DNA of 64,000 nt from an uncultured Desulfobacterales bacterium (GTDB lineage: Bacteria > Desulfobacterota > Desulfobacteria > Desulfobacterales > Desulfococcaceae), in the NCBI GenBank assembly GCA_964505535.1, contig CAZDIU010000002.1, positions 3,303 to 67,302 of the forward strand. Reading direction: 5' to 3'. The number at the start of each line of letters is the position of its first letter. Position 1 is the stretch's first letter. Positions 27,301 through 35,224 of the stretch are shown here, piece after piece. Below the pieces are notes generated by a model, which worked only from the letters and a program-made list of their open reading frames with translations, was not told where the DNA came from and searched no databases. The translations under genes and the position numbers were made by a program.

Positions 27301-30300
27301 GAAGTCTGTATCGACTTCTGCTGTTCCGCATTCTGATGGAGTATTTTAACCTGCTCCAGCATCTCCGCCCGCATCGCGTTGGCATTTTTTTTCGCAGACT
27401 CGGCACGTATTGCAGAAATTTCATCCTGCATTGCCCTTTCACGCATCACTCTGAGATTGGCTGCTGCTTCTGCACTTTTCAGTGTTTTTGCATTTTTTGC
27501 CTCTTCAGCCGCAAGAAGGATCCTGTTGTTCTCTTCTATCCTTTTGACAAGACTGTCCTGCGCAGACGTGTCTGTTTCCATGGACAATGACTTTTTGAGC
27601 CGGTAGTTTTCCGTGGCAGCAACTCTTGCTGTGGCGGCAAGGATGTTGAGTTCCTGTGTGACAGAAGAGAAATCTGTTTTCACTTCCGGGGGGTTATCTT
27701 CAACTCCTTTCACAAAGTCTCTGATTTTCTGCGCCATTTCATCTGTCTTTTCAGACAGGGGCTTCTCAGATGATCCGTGGCCTGTGAAAGCCACTTTCAC
27801 TTCCGCTGTTTCCGCAGCAGTCAGTCCTCTCCGGAATTCCATCACCTTTGCGGCAATTTTATCCAGTTCTGTATTAACCTGATCCGTGTTCAGTGTCAGC
27901 GGGATGGAAGAGACTGTCAGAACTTTCTGCCGGTAGGATTCCAGGTTTTTTTCTGTCTGTGCAATCTGGCCCCGAACCATTTCCATTTCTGTCTGGAAAG
28001 CGTTCTTCTGTTTTTCCAGTATGTCAATGGTGGCCTTGAACGCATCTTCCATGCCTTTTGCGGCAAGAGATGCCGTGTCCTTTATATCCATGACAGCATT
28101 GCCGTTTTCGTCTTTTACGTCACGGGCAAGGGACTGGAACAGGACAGACGCCTTTTTGACCATATCCTTGTTTCCCTGCTCAATACCTTCGTTAAGCAGA
28201 CGGTTGGCCTCGGCACGGTCATCCAGCCACCGTTCCTCATCGGTCATGGTCTTCTGCTGGATGTTCCGGAGAGCGTCCGCATAAGCGGCATATTCGCCTT
28301 TTATCTCACTGTTTATGCCTTCAACCTGACCCTTCAACTGGTCAAATCTGGTTTTGAGAGAGTCAATGTATTTTTCCAGCGTACCTGCCGCTTTTTCGTA
28401 TGTCTGTTTTATTCCGGACACATAGGTTTCATTCGCAACTTCCATGTACCCCGCAATCTGCCCTTCATATTCTTTGCGGGTGATGACGTTTTCCGCGTAC
28501 AACTGTTTTGCCCGCTCCATGAAATCAGCCACAACCCCCAGAACCTTTTCTTCTCTTGTCCGGGTGTCATTCTCCATTTTGCTGTTTGCAATGAAATAAT
28601 CTGCGTATTCCTCTGCCCGCAAAGCGGCAAGGCTTTTAATTCTGTCCTCTTCTGTTATCTTCAGTGTCCGTGCTGTTTTTTCATATGCACTGGCCTTTGC
28701 GTCCAGGTCCTTCTGGAACTTTACAAAATCCACTTTCTGAACTGCGTCCATTTCCTCATACGCAGCGCGCATGGAATCCGGCATTCTTTCTATGGCTGTT
28801 TTGAAAATCTTCAGTGTCCGGGCGGATGTGCTTTCAATTCTGTCCATTTCCGCAATGTATTTGTCAGACATTGCCTGTATCTGCTTTCCGGACAGGTTGG
28901 CGGATTTCCCCATATCCCCGATATAGGCGATCACCCTGTCACGGGACCATCCCCATTTGGTGGTGAATTCTGTAAGTGTTCTTGTTGTCTGATCAAGCTG
29001 ATCCCGATATGTCTGCTGCGCTCTTTCCACATCAGCATCACTGACAAAAAACTGGCCGAGAACGTCATAGTTTATTGCCGCTGCCCTGTTTACCTCTTTC
29101 TCATATCTCCGTAAGGATTCCGCAGCAGACGCAAACTGATTTTCCAGTTTGTCCATTGCCATTTTGTCCAATATTGCGGACAACTCCTCTGTGCTCAGGG
29201 ACGCGATATCCGCAACATCTGCATATGACCGCACTTCTTTTGCCAAATCAGGAAACTGTTCCGCAAATCTTGCGACTGCCTGCGCAGCATCTTCGTGTGC
29301 GGTCAGAGAACCGGAAGCCTGAATCTCTTTCAGCGTATTGTTGAAATATTCCAAGGATTCATAGGCATTTTTGTAATTGATGGACATTGCCGCAGCAGAT
29401 TCCGCAGCTTTCCGGTTGGCATTGATAAGGACGTTGATGGCATAAACTGCTGCTCCGACTGCAACGATGATCAGATTCAGAGGCGTAAGAACAGCCTGCA
29501 CACCCGCGGCAAGGGCTGTGAAGGCCGCATTTGCCGCGTTTGCATACTGTCCCAACGCTATCAGCCTCTGCACTGCCTGAATAGCCGCAAATCGCATCAG
29601 TTTGGCGTTGAGGAGTTCAACCGCTGTAACAATCAGGTGTACACCGCTTGCCAGTAATCCTATCTGTACCGTCATTTTCCCCCAGTTGGATGCAAGAAAA
29701 ACTTCCGCCCATTCTGTCGCCTTTTTCAGTCCGTCAGCCACAAAATGCAGAAGTCCGCCCACCCCCGCCTGCCCCAGCAGACCGGCAAGAATGGTGGCAC
29801 GGTCAGCAAGATTCTTGAATTTCACGGCCAGACCCTCTGCCTGAATGCCTGCCATTTCTGCAGAGGTTCCGGTTTCCTTTACCATGCGGAGCGCTTCATC
29901 ATAGTCCGACCCTGTGGCAAAACTCTTGACCAGAATGGCCGCTGCCTGCGCCCCTCTGAGTCCGAAATAGTCATACGCCTTCCCCATGTCCACAGCCGCC
30001 TTTTCACTGTCCCACAGCAGGGAAGCCAGATTGGTCAACGCCACGTCCATGCCGACAAGACGCGGGTTCATTTCATCCAAAGCCACACCGCTTGCCATCA
30101 GGGAAGCGGCCAGTTTTTCATTGGGAGAAATCAGTTTGGCAATGACCTGACGCAAGCCTGTGCCGATGGTGGATGCCTGGCTTCCGTGATCCGCCATAAC
30201 CATCATGCTCGCGGCCATCTCTTCCAGAGACATGCCTGCCTCTGCTGCGGTGGTTCCTACGTAGTTCATGGCAATGCGGAGCTTTTCAACGGTGAGCTTG

Positions 30301-30941
30301 GACTTGTCTATGGCATTGGCCCATACATCCGCGACCCGCACAGACTCTTTGGCATTCAGCCCGAAGGAAGCAAGGGTTGTGGTCAGCAGATCCGCAGCAT
30401 CCTGCATGTCTGCCAGCGTACCGGTGGCAAGGTTGGCAGTGGCTTTGATGGCATCAATGGCCTCAGAAGCAGAAAACCCGGACTGTGTCAGAAGAACCAT
30501 GCCTTCCGCAATTTCAGTGGTGGAAAATTTGGTGACACGGGCAACGTCAATAATTGCTTTTGCCATGACAGCAATTTCTGATGCTGTGGCTCCGGATATG
30601 GCCTGAAGGTTTGCCAGAGCCTGATCAAACTGTATGATTTCGGTTATGCACGCTTTTGCTGCACTTGCAATGCTGTAAAGCGCAGTTGCTGCCGCGGCAA
30701 AAATTGCCTGCTCGCCCATTTTTTCAACAATTCTTTCAAAATATTCGGCAAGCCCTTTGGTTTCCTGCGAGGTGTTTTTGATTTCTTTTTCAAAATCCCT
30801 GATATTGGCATTGGCAACCTGACTGACTTCTTTTGTCAAAGCGCCGATGCGCTTCAGGGATGCCTCAACGGTTTTGATGCCGGCCATGAGGTTGTCAATT
30901 TTGGCCTCAAATATTGCCCCCAGAGTAATGTTCCTGTCCAT
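21369..30941 (-). CDS. tail tape measure protein (3190 aa)
   Basis: The N-terminus has a TP901-type TMP core-like segment (ATASEIAVMAKAIIDVARVTKFSTTEIAEGMVLLTQSGFSASEAIDAIK). There are hydrophobic segments, then a very long E/K/A/Q coiled-coil body. The C-terminal motif is GDGDTVPAMLTPGEYVIPKPVV. Lies directly after the G/GT chaperones. Confidence 0.9.
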   Translation of the reverse strand: MDRNITLGAIFEAKIDNLMAGIKTVEASLKRIGALTKEVSQVANANIRDFEKEIKNTSQETKGLAEYFERIVEKMGEQAIFAAAATALYSIASAAKACITEIIQFDQALANLQAISGATASEIAVMAKAIIDVARVTKFSTTEIAEGMVLLTQSGFSASEAIDAIKATANLATGTLADMQDAADLLTTTLASFGLNAKESVRVADVWANAIDKSKLTVEKLRIAMNYVGTTAAEAGMSLEEMAASMMVMADHGSQASTIGTGLRQVIAKLISPNEKLAASLMASGVALDEMNPRLVGMDVALTNLASLLWDSEKAAVDMGKAYDYFGLRGAQAAAILVKSFATGSDYDEALRMVKETGTSAEMAGIQAEGLAVKFKNLADRATILAGLLGQAGVGGLLHFVADGLKKATEWAEVFLASNWGKMTVQIGLLASGVHLIVTAVELLNAKLMRFAAIQAVQRLIALGQYANAANAAFTALAAGVQAVLTPLNLIIVAVGAAVYAINVLINANRKAAESAAAMSINYKNAYESLEYFNNTLKEIQASGSLTAHEDAAQAVARFAEQFPDLAKEVRSYADVADIASLSTEELSAILDKMAMDKLENQFASAAESLRRYEKEVNRAAAINYDVLGQFFVSDADVERAQQTYRDQLDQTTRTLTEFTTKWGWSRDRVIAYIGDMGKSANLSGKQIQAMSDKYIAEMDRIESTSARTLKIFKTAIERMPDSMRAAYEEMDAVQKVDFVKFQKDLDAKASAYEKTARTLKITEEDRIKSLAALRAEEYADYFIANSKMENDTRTREEKVLGVVADFMERAKQLYAENVITRKEYEGQIAGYMEVANETYVSGIKQTYEKAAGTLEKYIDSLKTRFDQLKGQVEGINSEIKGEYAAYADALRNIQQKTMTDEERWLDDRAEANRLLNEGIEQGNKDMVKKASVLFQSLARDVKDENGNAVMDIKDTASLAAKGMEDAFKATIDILEKQKNAFQTEMEMVRGQIAQTEKNLESYRQKVLTVSSIPLTLNTDQVNTELDKIAAKVMEFRRGLTAAETAEVKVAFTGHGSSEKPLSEKTDEMAQKIRDFVKGVEDNPPEVKTDFSSVTQELNILAATARVAATENYRLKKSLSMETDTSAQDSLVKRIEENNRILLAAEEAKNAKTLKSAEAAANLRVMRERAMQDEISAIRAESAKKNANAMRAEMLEQVKILHQNAEQQKSIQTSAAAEHEGIIANIFGKTVGRIATFFTDWKSLLSEEQQGWLKHHEAIEQETDHHNERMSLAQEAFNMDMNAMELERMDATKKTYQQLYEVTGDTDLLEKVKKDHQKMMIAEEVKNATILKDAELAHRKYLSDMEIFQQNVLDTQVRFAQKNAEEYRRLYEQTGNTEYINLWRENSKKIIDVELEKTARVVKSEADMNEIRTRKLREFEDEALKIRTDKLKSQMDIAEQLGMTGEVERLSKLIVDAEKNRYTRMADILKEYSAKKEAILRQSSQTAIKIAEGEANSFIFHTGRVIKGIETFYDRMMAMSVAWETIGVAGWAATTTEAGYSVFHEITEIVVSIYGKMAELSLNLPSYIAIALKKTANVLKNNALAIKITDLLLPKSWEKELASRIEDAAEVMKEGANKIKEYTEPISETVKSWNIHWFAWFRAMHGDIFPPLISDMEKLNRAYDKGTISLQRMIREGAAIQNAGPRAQAGLGSFLKGEFNAIVGMIDKIKAGFASLGRLGKMLATPITYPFKVLYTLTVGLNKTLGTTIDLFKMMSKSLPGETIQQTATRLKAMGQIGYDAAVMGEKKLIDFSRMFKAVWEGIKKAALAGVDLIKNSLVGLKNYSVAWIRGLGQNRIIGTVAKWVEDIFRVVIRGITYAKGYLSTFLKWISPTVTRYLAVITPVLTKIGAVALRIFNVFGVIMAAVDGWNIGRWIGNIQVGLIKVDDIIQTMWADVDILGKHFGIVWESIKMKVKEIGNVIIGVIPIVRKFFRFDPTENQNAIDDYKREIKSIKALQEDIMLARTYQGDSPTVHQLNKEMEKMKEKTTVMQQLAVQQINADNEAVIAAQMKVKQAEYVATKEVGIQKAVLEEKNRFIREEIEANEKADKERLGKRVEAFAKADDNEYLSAKEKEERVNAMYAAEVENRIADHMKGVERTEKQTIDGVEKEVKVRKGGFEDQLRAKEEAIYEESYMAEGARKFLENQTEKLTDKIIAEKAREIAETRKKDQDKLDEDAKTASARIALNQKLYDVTGNKKYLDSNKELNEELINAEVHRLETFLQMETNNEEEIKKIVEATREKMRNDYAKKELEAAASVAAQKNEILKKQLEQDPYNTELVEQIKANNDTILKSEYEKNVQILTQNAQTTEEITKAQATANDIMKKQASDMNKDLAQIAGADVGPAFAKAMAGVKVVLADYTEEQKTAVSKAQAEYMVFYNNLDAMRKLDFRKMVESTQQQVEEFEKSAARMGLSEEEKSATINRIRKDAFDQFKKQVEDEQKAVAESSLESVLKKIEEKTQRLQQASQDKLDAYQEELSRLEIMQQEAETKFYESQLKGKSVGESAFFKSLKESVGNLSDLSEQELDVIRKSNAEKYAAYTAGLSEDQRFALGKKAFEASLKESVGNLSDMSAQEIEAIKQRNIQLAAAYQQSPKGSPGMTEADLQASMTYADKIRAVQLKMSEERVTAIRSQLGLQETMLDQFADKENSRIAETLGAKKKALSAETAETKTALTMQEKLNAEYAIERANMWAMNPELAKKNGIDMVQIEKEANEALNLLYQENTENRKKSLEESLDIQEDVSDGAAKVQKDYAREVEGIDRAVLEKKKEMYRQAKDALQKELQDSLAMEKQIAEEIKNVRKSLADEQMSTEEKIRDLKRGTMTEQQAYNDKWAEINEKIAKADAMSNAQYEEKTRLLKEAKDAAAGMATEIKEGDKVLVSKEASTKKAISAIEDIQKKMVSVSDARVQVLEKAQAETEKNSDSIKNAMEETNGMLEAIGHVIDDKVKKGLAEAAEEARDLMEELSNPVELDINTEKTRKKFMELVALKDKLSKQGETGASVAMAGGGEVPGSGDGDTVPAMLTPGEYVIPKPVVKSFGVDFFHFLRSLQNAGRERITSALSTAAARIKGYAQGGLVMPEFRFALPQMPSFAPVQHFAAGGPVMAAAGAPHYGTVNLTVGGSSYKMWSDEETARSLMRALTKEQRKKPNG

Positions 30942-30962
30942 TTTTTTTCACTCCCTATATAT

Positions 30963-30998
30963 AAAAAAACGGGAGAACCGGGTTGTCCGGTTCTCCCG
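30963..30998 (-). terminator. intra-operon rho-independent terminator/attenuator between chaperones and tape measure
   Basis: Perfect 12-bp stem CGGGAGAACCGG/CCGGTTCTCCCG with a 5-nt loop. On the minus strand it is followed by T7, then the TMP RBS. Confidence 0.6.
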
Positions 30999-31007
30999 TT
31001 TCTGAGG

Positions 31008-31406
31008 TTACTTTCTAAATGCCTGCGAAAAGAACTGTCTGTCTTCTTCCATTCTTTTCTCCAGAAATTCTCTCTGCAACTCTTCCGGAAGATGTGCGTA
31101 ACTTTTTGGGTCTCCGGGGATACAGCCTTTGAAGCGCGGGTCTCTGTCTGTGGGCAGATTGCCGGAAACCTCTGCTGTTCCCCCGGTGGGTTCATCCACA
31201 CCCGCTCCGTGGCAGGCGGCATAGAATTTCATTTTTTCTGCATCCCGCTCGTAAGCGTGTGTGGTCATTGCCTCTATCTGCCCATAGGTCAGACCGCCTT
31301 CTTTGAAGTTTTTCCGGTAGATGTCTTCAAGCCTGTACTGTCCGTACTGTCCGAGGAAGTAGGTGACGGCTTTGTCAAAGGCGTCTTCAGAAACAGCGGC
31401 TTCCAT
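31008..31406 (-). CDS. -1 frame extension of the tail assembly chaperone (gpT-like part of G-T fusion)
   Basis: An ORF in the -1 frame overlaps the 3' end of the gpG-like gene. The -1 frame is open from the slippery site (..ALKK|NTGDGGEMEAAVSE..). Confidence 0.65.
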   Translation of the reverse strand: MEAAVSEDAFDKAVTYFLGQYGQYRLEDIYRKNFKEGGLTYGQIEAMTTHAYERDAEKMKFYAACHGAGVDEPTGGTAEVSGNLPTDRDPRFKGCIPGDPKSYAHLPEELQREFLEKRMEEDRQFFSQAFRK

Positions 31407-31774
31407 CTCTCCGCCATCTCCGGTATTTTTTTTAATGCACCGGAGTAATTGACCTCGAACAGATGCTCGACAATAGACAGGAACTGGTCATTGTCGGTAT
31501 CGGCAAGCAGTTCCTCTCCTTTTTCTTCACCGCAGGTTGCATTGGTGAGAATCTGAGCGGCATTCTCCCGCAGGGTTTTCAGAACCAGACCCACCCATAC
31601 TGTGCTTTTCCGGGCTTCCTCAATGCCAAGTCCGGAAGCGGACTGCACAGCCGAGAAGATCAGATCGGTCATGTTCAACTGTGCTGCCACAGACAGCGGA
31701 TAAATGGTAATTTCTCTGATTTCCCGGATGCCCACAGGCATTTTTTTTACTTTCGGATTGAGTTCAGAACTCAT
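31289..31774 (-). CDS. tail assembly chaperone (gpG-like)
   Basis: 161-aa acidic ORF between the major tail gene and the tape measure. Contains a slippery A-run near its 3' end. Confidence 0.7.
   Translation of the reverse strand: MSSELNPKVKKMPVGIREIREITIYPLSVAAQLNMTDLIFSAVQSASGLGIEEARKSTVWVGLVLKTLRENAAQILTNATCGEEKGEELLADTDNDQFLSIVEHLFEVNYSGALKKIPEMAERWKPLFLKTPLTKPSPTSSDSTDSTGLKTSTGKTSKKAV
31426..31433 (-). promoter_or_regulatory. programmed -1 ribosomal frameshift slippery site
   Basis: The minus strand reads GCA TTA AAA AAA ATA. The A8 run contains the heptamer A_AAA_AAA at the G/T overlap. Confidence 0.65.
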
Positions 31775-31783
31775 TTATGCTCC

Positions 31784-32707
31784 TTACGCGTTGGGGTTGA
31801 TCCAGATCTCCCGGCCTGTGGGGTAATCATCCCATGCACTGTGTCCGCCTGCCACAGAGGAATCCGCACGGGTTCCCTCAAACTTCATGGGAATGTTGCC
31901 TTCGGTTTCCGCCTGAGAGACATCCACAGACGAAATCACCTGGGCGCGGGGCAGAATCACGGTGTAGGAATGACCGTATCCATACTGCTGCACAGCTTCA
32001 ATCCGCACATACGCGGGAAGTCCGCCCACACCCAGTGCCACAGATCCGGAATAATCATCACTGTAATTGTCGGTTCCGGAAATGTACGCTGTGGTGCGGA
32101 AGGTGAAAATATCCCCTGCCGCCCATGTGCCTGTGAAGAAACTGGCCGGGATGGAAAAATACAGGTTGTTGGATGCGTCCGCATTCTGGGGTTCCATTGC
32201 GGCATCCAGCGCAGAGAAGGTATGCACCAAACCTTTGGTTTTGCTCAGAATGGCTCCTGCTGCGGCCCCGGTGAAGTACACGGTGAACTCATCGGAAATG
32301 ACACCGCCCAGATTGTTGACCGCGATGCTCTTGGTTCCGTCAATGGTTCCGGCTGTGCTGACAGGCACTCCGTTCACAGCGGTTGCAGAAACATCGGCAA
32401 AAATATCAATGCCGGATGCAAGAGCGAACATGCGCGGGGTGAATTCCAGAGCTGCTCCTTCCAGAGTGGTTTTGATGCTGGTGCATTCCTTGGCATCCAC
32501 GGTTTTGGGGAATCCGGATGTGAACTCGTAGTATTCACGGGCATCCGTGAACTTGGTGGAAGCCAGCGCTCCGAGGGAATGCGCCGAAGTCAGCACAGGG
32601 GTGTTGGTTGCGATGTTGACAGCAGACGGGCCTACACGGAGCTGCAGAAGCCCGAGCGGGCGGGTCAGTACATTTTGGGTTACAGGTCCTCTCACATTGA
32701 TTGCCAT
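31784..32707 (-). CDS. major tail (tube) protein
   Basis: 307-aa ORF immediately upstream of the G/GT chaperones. Called from synteny only. Confidence 0.6.
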   Translation of the reverse strand: MAINVRGPVTQNVLTRPLGLLQLRVGPSAVNIATNTPVLTSAHSLGALASTKFTDAREYYEFTSGFPKTVDAKECTSIKTTLEGAALEFTPRMFALASGIDIFADVSATAVNGVPVSTAGTIDGTKSIAVNNLGGVISDEFTVYFTGAAAGAILSKTKGLVHTFSALDAAMEPQNADASNNLYFSIPASFFTGTWAAGDIFTFRTTAYISGTDNYSDDYSGSVALGVGGLPAYVRIEAVQQYGYGHSYTVILPRAQVISSVDVSQAETEGNIPMKFEGTRADSSVAGGHSAWDDYPTGREIWINPNA

Positions 32708-32740
32708 TGGGTTGCCTCCCGTTTTTGTGTGAGTTATGGG

Positions 32741-33313
32741 TTAATCATAAAATACAACTTCACCTGTGAGATACAGATGCGCTTCTGTTTTCCTGCGGAA
32801 GACAAGCCCTCTCAGAACTTTCCCCCCGCTTTTGATCCACAGGCCAAAAGCCTTTTGAATTTCTTTCGGGTTTCCGTTTTTAACGGCCCTGAGAACGCTC
32901 AGGGGCCGTCCGTTTCTCTCAAGTGCTCCAAGCCCGCAGTTGTAGGCAAAGCTGACCAGCGCATCAAACTGCCACTGCTCCGGGCCGTTTATATCGTGCC
33001 GCTCAAGTATGGCCGTCACGTTTGGGGCATACACTTCCAAATCTTCTGCCAGCATAGCCTCCGCCTCTTCCTCTGTCAGCGCCGGATACAGGGCATAGGC
33101 TTTTGCCCTGTCCTTTTCCCCTCTCAGGAACCGCCTTGTTTTCGGGTCTTTCAGGGCACGTCCCCAGCCGACAGTCCATACCCCCGCGGGGCATGGTTTC
33201 GGCTGCAGGCCGATCTGTGTCAAATCCCCGTCATGCAGGGATTCAAAATATTTTATGACCGCCCTGCATTTCTCAGACGGCCGCATTATGGCTGTTCCGG
33301 ATTTTTCTGACAT
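32741..33313 (-). CDS. endolysin, GH24 (T4/lambda-type lysozyme)
   Basis: YFESLHDGDL...WTVGWG...QFDALVSFAYNCG...LRGLVFRRKTEAHLYL is the typical phage_lysozyme pattern, with the catalytic Glu in FES. Confidence 0.85.
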   Translation of the reverse strand: MSEKSGTAIMRPSEKCRAVIKYFESLHDGDLTQIGLQPKPCPAGVWTVGWGRALKDPKTRRFLRGEKDRAKAYALYPALTEEEAEAMLAEDLEVYAPNVTAILERHDINGPEQWQFDALVSFAYNCGLGALERNGRPLSVLRAVKNGNPKEIQKAFGLWIKSGGKVLRGLVFRRKTEAHLYLTGEVVFYD

Positions 33314-33489
33314 ATTTTTTCTCCTGCTTTTGCCTCAATATACTGTTTTCCGGTGATGATAAAATTCACGAACGGCACAGTGAAAATAAAAATGGTCGGA
33401 TCGCTCAGATGCCAACTGAGCGCAAAGGACAGAATCAGCATGGTGTATGCCGTGAATTTTGAACAGGTTATGTACAGGCTCCATTTCAT
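33286..33489 (-). CDS. putative holin (two TM helices)
   Basis: Start MKWSLY is set by the ATGA overlap. Has 2 hydrophobic helices and a charged C-terminus. Overlaps the endolysin start. Confidence 0.5.
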   Translation of the reverse strand: MKWSLYITCSKFTAYTMLILSFALSWHLSDPTIFIFTVPFVNFIITGKQYIEAKAGEKICQKNPEQP

Positions 33490-33962
33490 TTGTTTTCCTT
33501 CTGATTTTTGTCCGTCCATTTGTTGATGGACTTGCTGCCTGAACTTGCCAGTTTCTGATCAAGCCAGGTTTCCGTGTCTTTGAAAGCACTGTTACGCGGA
33601 AAGATGATGTTGCACTGCACACTGTTCTTTGCGATCATGTCAGACAGCAGTTCAATGAATTCTTTTTCAAAACATTTGTTGCAATATTCGCATGTGGTCA
33701 GGTCAAATACAATTGCCTCGCCAAGTTCCCTGTGCTTTTTCACTTTTTCCGACACATACCCGATAAACCCTTTCGGGTTCATCATGCAGTTCGGCGGGAA
33801 CTGATAGACCACCTTTGTTCTGAGTGCATATCGCTGTATCGGAACGGCAGACTTAAACACATCTTCCAGTTTCTTTTTCCCCAGAAGAACAAGAACAATG
33901 CCTGCCGCGTTCGCCTTCCAGAAGTCTCTGAAAATAAATAAAAAAAAAAAGAAACAAAACAA
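33486..33962 (-). CDS. hypothetical protein of the lysis cassette
   Basis: 158-aa ORF with lower GC. The start is uncertain: a TTG at 33962 with no clear RBS, and the N-terminus is encoded by a T11 tract. Confidence 0.4.
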   Translation of the reverse strand: MFCFFFFLFIFRDFWKANAAGIVLVLLGKKKLEDVFKSAVPIQRYALRTKVVYQFPPNCMMNPKGFIGYVSEKVKKHRELGEAIVFDLTTCEYCNKCFEKEFIELLSDMIAKNSVQCNIIFPRNSAFKDTETWLDQKLASSGSKSINKWTDKNQKENK

Positions 33963-34022
33963 CAGACAGGATGCGTGTCGTTACACTGAGCGCCTCAAAA
34001 TATTTTATAAACTCCTGCACAT

Positions 34023-34751
34023 TCATAATTTCCTGTCTGCCACTGACATAACAGCTCCCACTGCAAGGCTTATCAATACAATTCTGCGAAAAATTTCATC
34101 GCGGATGAGCTTCAGTTCCTTCAGATCAAAAGAGACGATGAAATAGCCCCATACCTTATCCCCGATAATTATCTGGCTCCCCACATAACCGGTGTTCCCA
34201 ATCTGCAGCATGGAATTGATAACCTTGTCAATATCCTTGTGATACGGGAAAAAACGGTGGCTGTAATTTTCTGCATCCAATACTTTGTCCCCTGTGTAAT
34301 ATCCCCACAGGGAATCTGTGTTGTACCCGCGGTCCATCCCTGTGGGCACATAGCCTTCCCGGTCTGTTATGATTGCCCTGTAAGTGCTGTTGCTGTATCT
34401 TTTTTCAAGTTCATTCAGGCTTCTGGTCAGAATGGAACTGCTCATATATCCGGCAGACCACAGTTCTGTTTCTGTATTTTCCGCATTCGCCAGAAAAAAC
34501 CTTTTTTTCTTTTCCTCGTCTGTGAATTTGTAATAGCCTGTTATCCAAAGGTATTCTTTGTTTGCAAACTTTTCAAGAATCTGTGATACAACCGCTGCCC
34601 CCATCCGGCTCCAGTGCTTGGCAAATTTCCAAACCGTGTTTGACTGATTGGCAAATTCAATATGTCCGTATATGCCGAAAAAGAAAACGCACAGAAGCAC
34701 AGAAAACAGCGGGAGAAGAATATGTTTTTTGTATTCCATCATGCTTTGCAC
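34023..34751 (-). CDS. two-TM membrane protein with Cache-like extracytoplasmic sensor domain, no output domain
   Basis: N-terminal TM ILLPLFSVLLCVFFFGIYG and C-terminal TM IVLISLAVGAVMSV. The ~170-aa domain between them ends ...GDKVWGYFIVSFDLKELKLI, like Cache domains. Confidence 0.5.
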   Translation of the reverse strand: MQSMMEYKKHILLPLFSVLLCVFFFGIYGHIEFANQSNTVWKFAKHWSRMGAAVVSQILEKFANKEYLWITGYYKFTDEEKKKRFFLANAENTETELWSAGYMSSSILTRSLNELEKRYSNSTYRAIITDREGYVPTGMDRGYNTDSLWGYYTGDKVLDAENYSHRFFPYHKDIDKVINSMLQIGNTGYVGSQIIIGDKVWGYFIVSFDLKELKLIRDEIFRRIVLISLAVGAVMSVADRKL

Positions 34752-35224
34752 GCAAACCGCAGACGCACGGTTATCTGTTTGTATTTGGTTCCGTCCGTGT
34801 CTGCTGATATTCCGGACTCAATTACGGAATCCTGTGTCATGATATTGATGACTTCCGACCAGGGGATCAGCTCCGGTTCCTCTTCCGGTTCAGTTGGAAC
34901 CGTGTACTGCGGAGTGGTGTCATACACTTTGATACTGCCGGTGAGCAGATCCATCACGCTGTCCCGCAGAGCACTGAGGGCAATGCCGTCCGGATCATTG
35001 CGGGAACACAGAATAATATTGATGACCATCAGAGACAGGCGGTTGCTGTCCATTTCACTCATATCATTCTGAATCACAACCCACTGCGCATCAGTATCAG
35101 AAGGCGCATCCAGTCCGGTATCAAACAGCAGGGGAATGGACAGTGCCGTAACAATGCCGTCCGTGAAATGCTTGATTACGGACAGCCGGATGTGCTTTTC
35201 CTGTGCCGTGATGTGCAGGGTCAT
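34739..35224 (-). CDS. head-tail joining/tail completion protein
   Basis: 161-aa ORF in the connector block. Called from synteny only. Confidence 0.45.
   Translation of the reverse strand: MTLHITAQEKHIRLSVIKHFTDGIVTALSIPLLFDTGLDAPSDTDAQWVVIQNDMSEMDSNRLSLMVINIILCSRNDPDGIALSALRDSVMDLLTGSIKVYDTTPQYTVPTEPEEEPELIPWSEVINIMTQDSVIESGISADTDGTKYKQITVRLRFACKA

Noticed and set aside
21416-30606. Many long plus-strand ORFs (for example 24174-25265, 26622-27590, 27777-29114, 29745-30581).
   Set aside because: All are antisense to the tape-measure gene. Their F/L/S/C-rich translations are the mirror image of the E/K/A/Q-rich coiled coil. None has an RBS or recognisable domains.
31463-33310. A 615-aa plus-strand ORF.
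   Set aside because: It is antisense to the major tail, chaperone and endolysin genes, which have clear motifs or synteny. It is a shadow ORF.
33937-33951. An A11/T11 homopolymer as a phase-variation switch at the 5' end of the 158-aa lysis-cassette ORF.
   Set aside because: The start codon of this ORF is itself uncertain, so the tract may be untranslated. There is no evidence of length heterogeneity from a single sequence.
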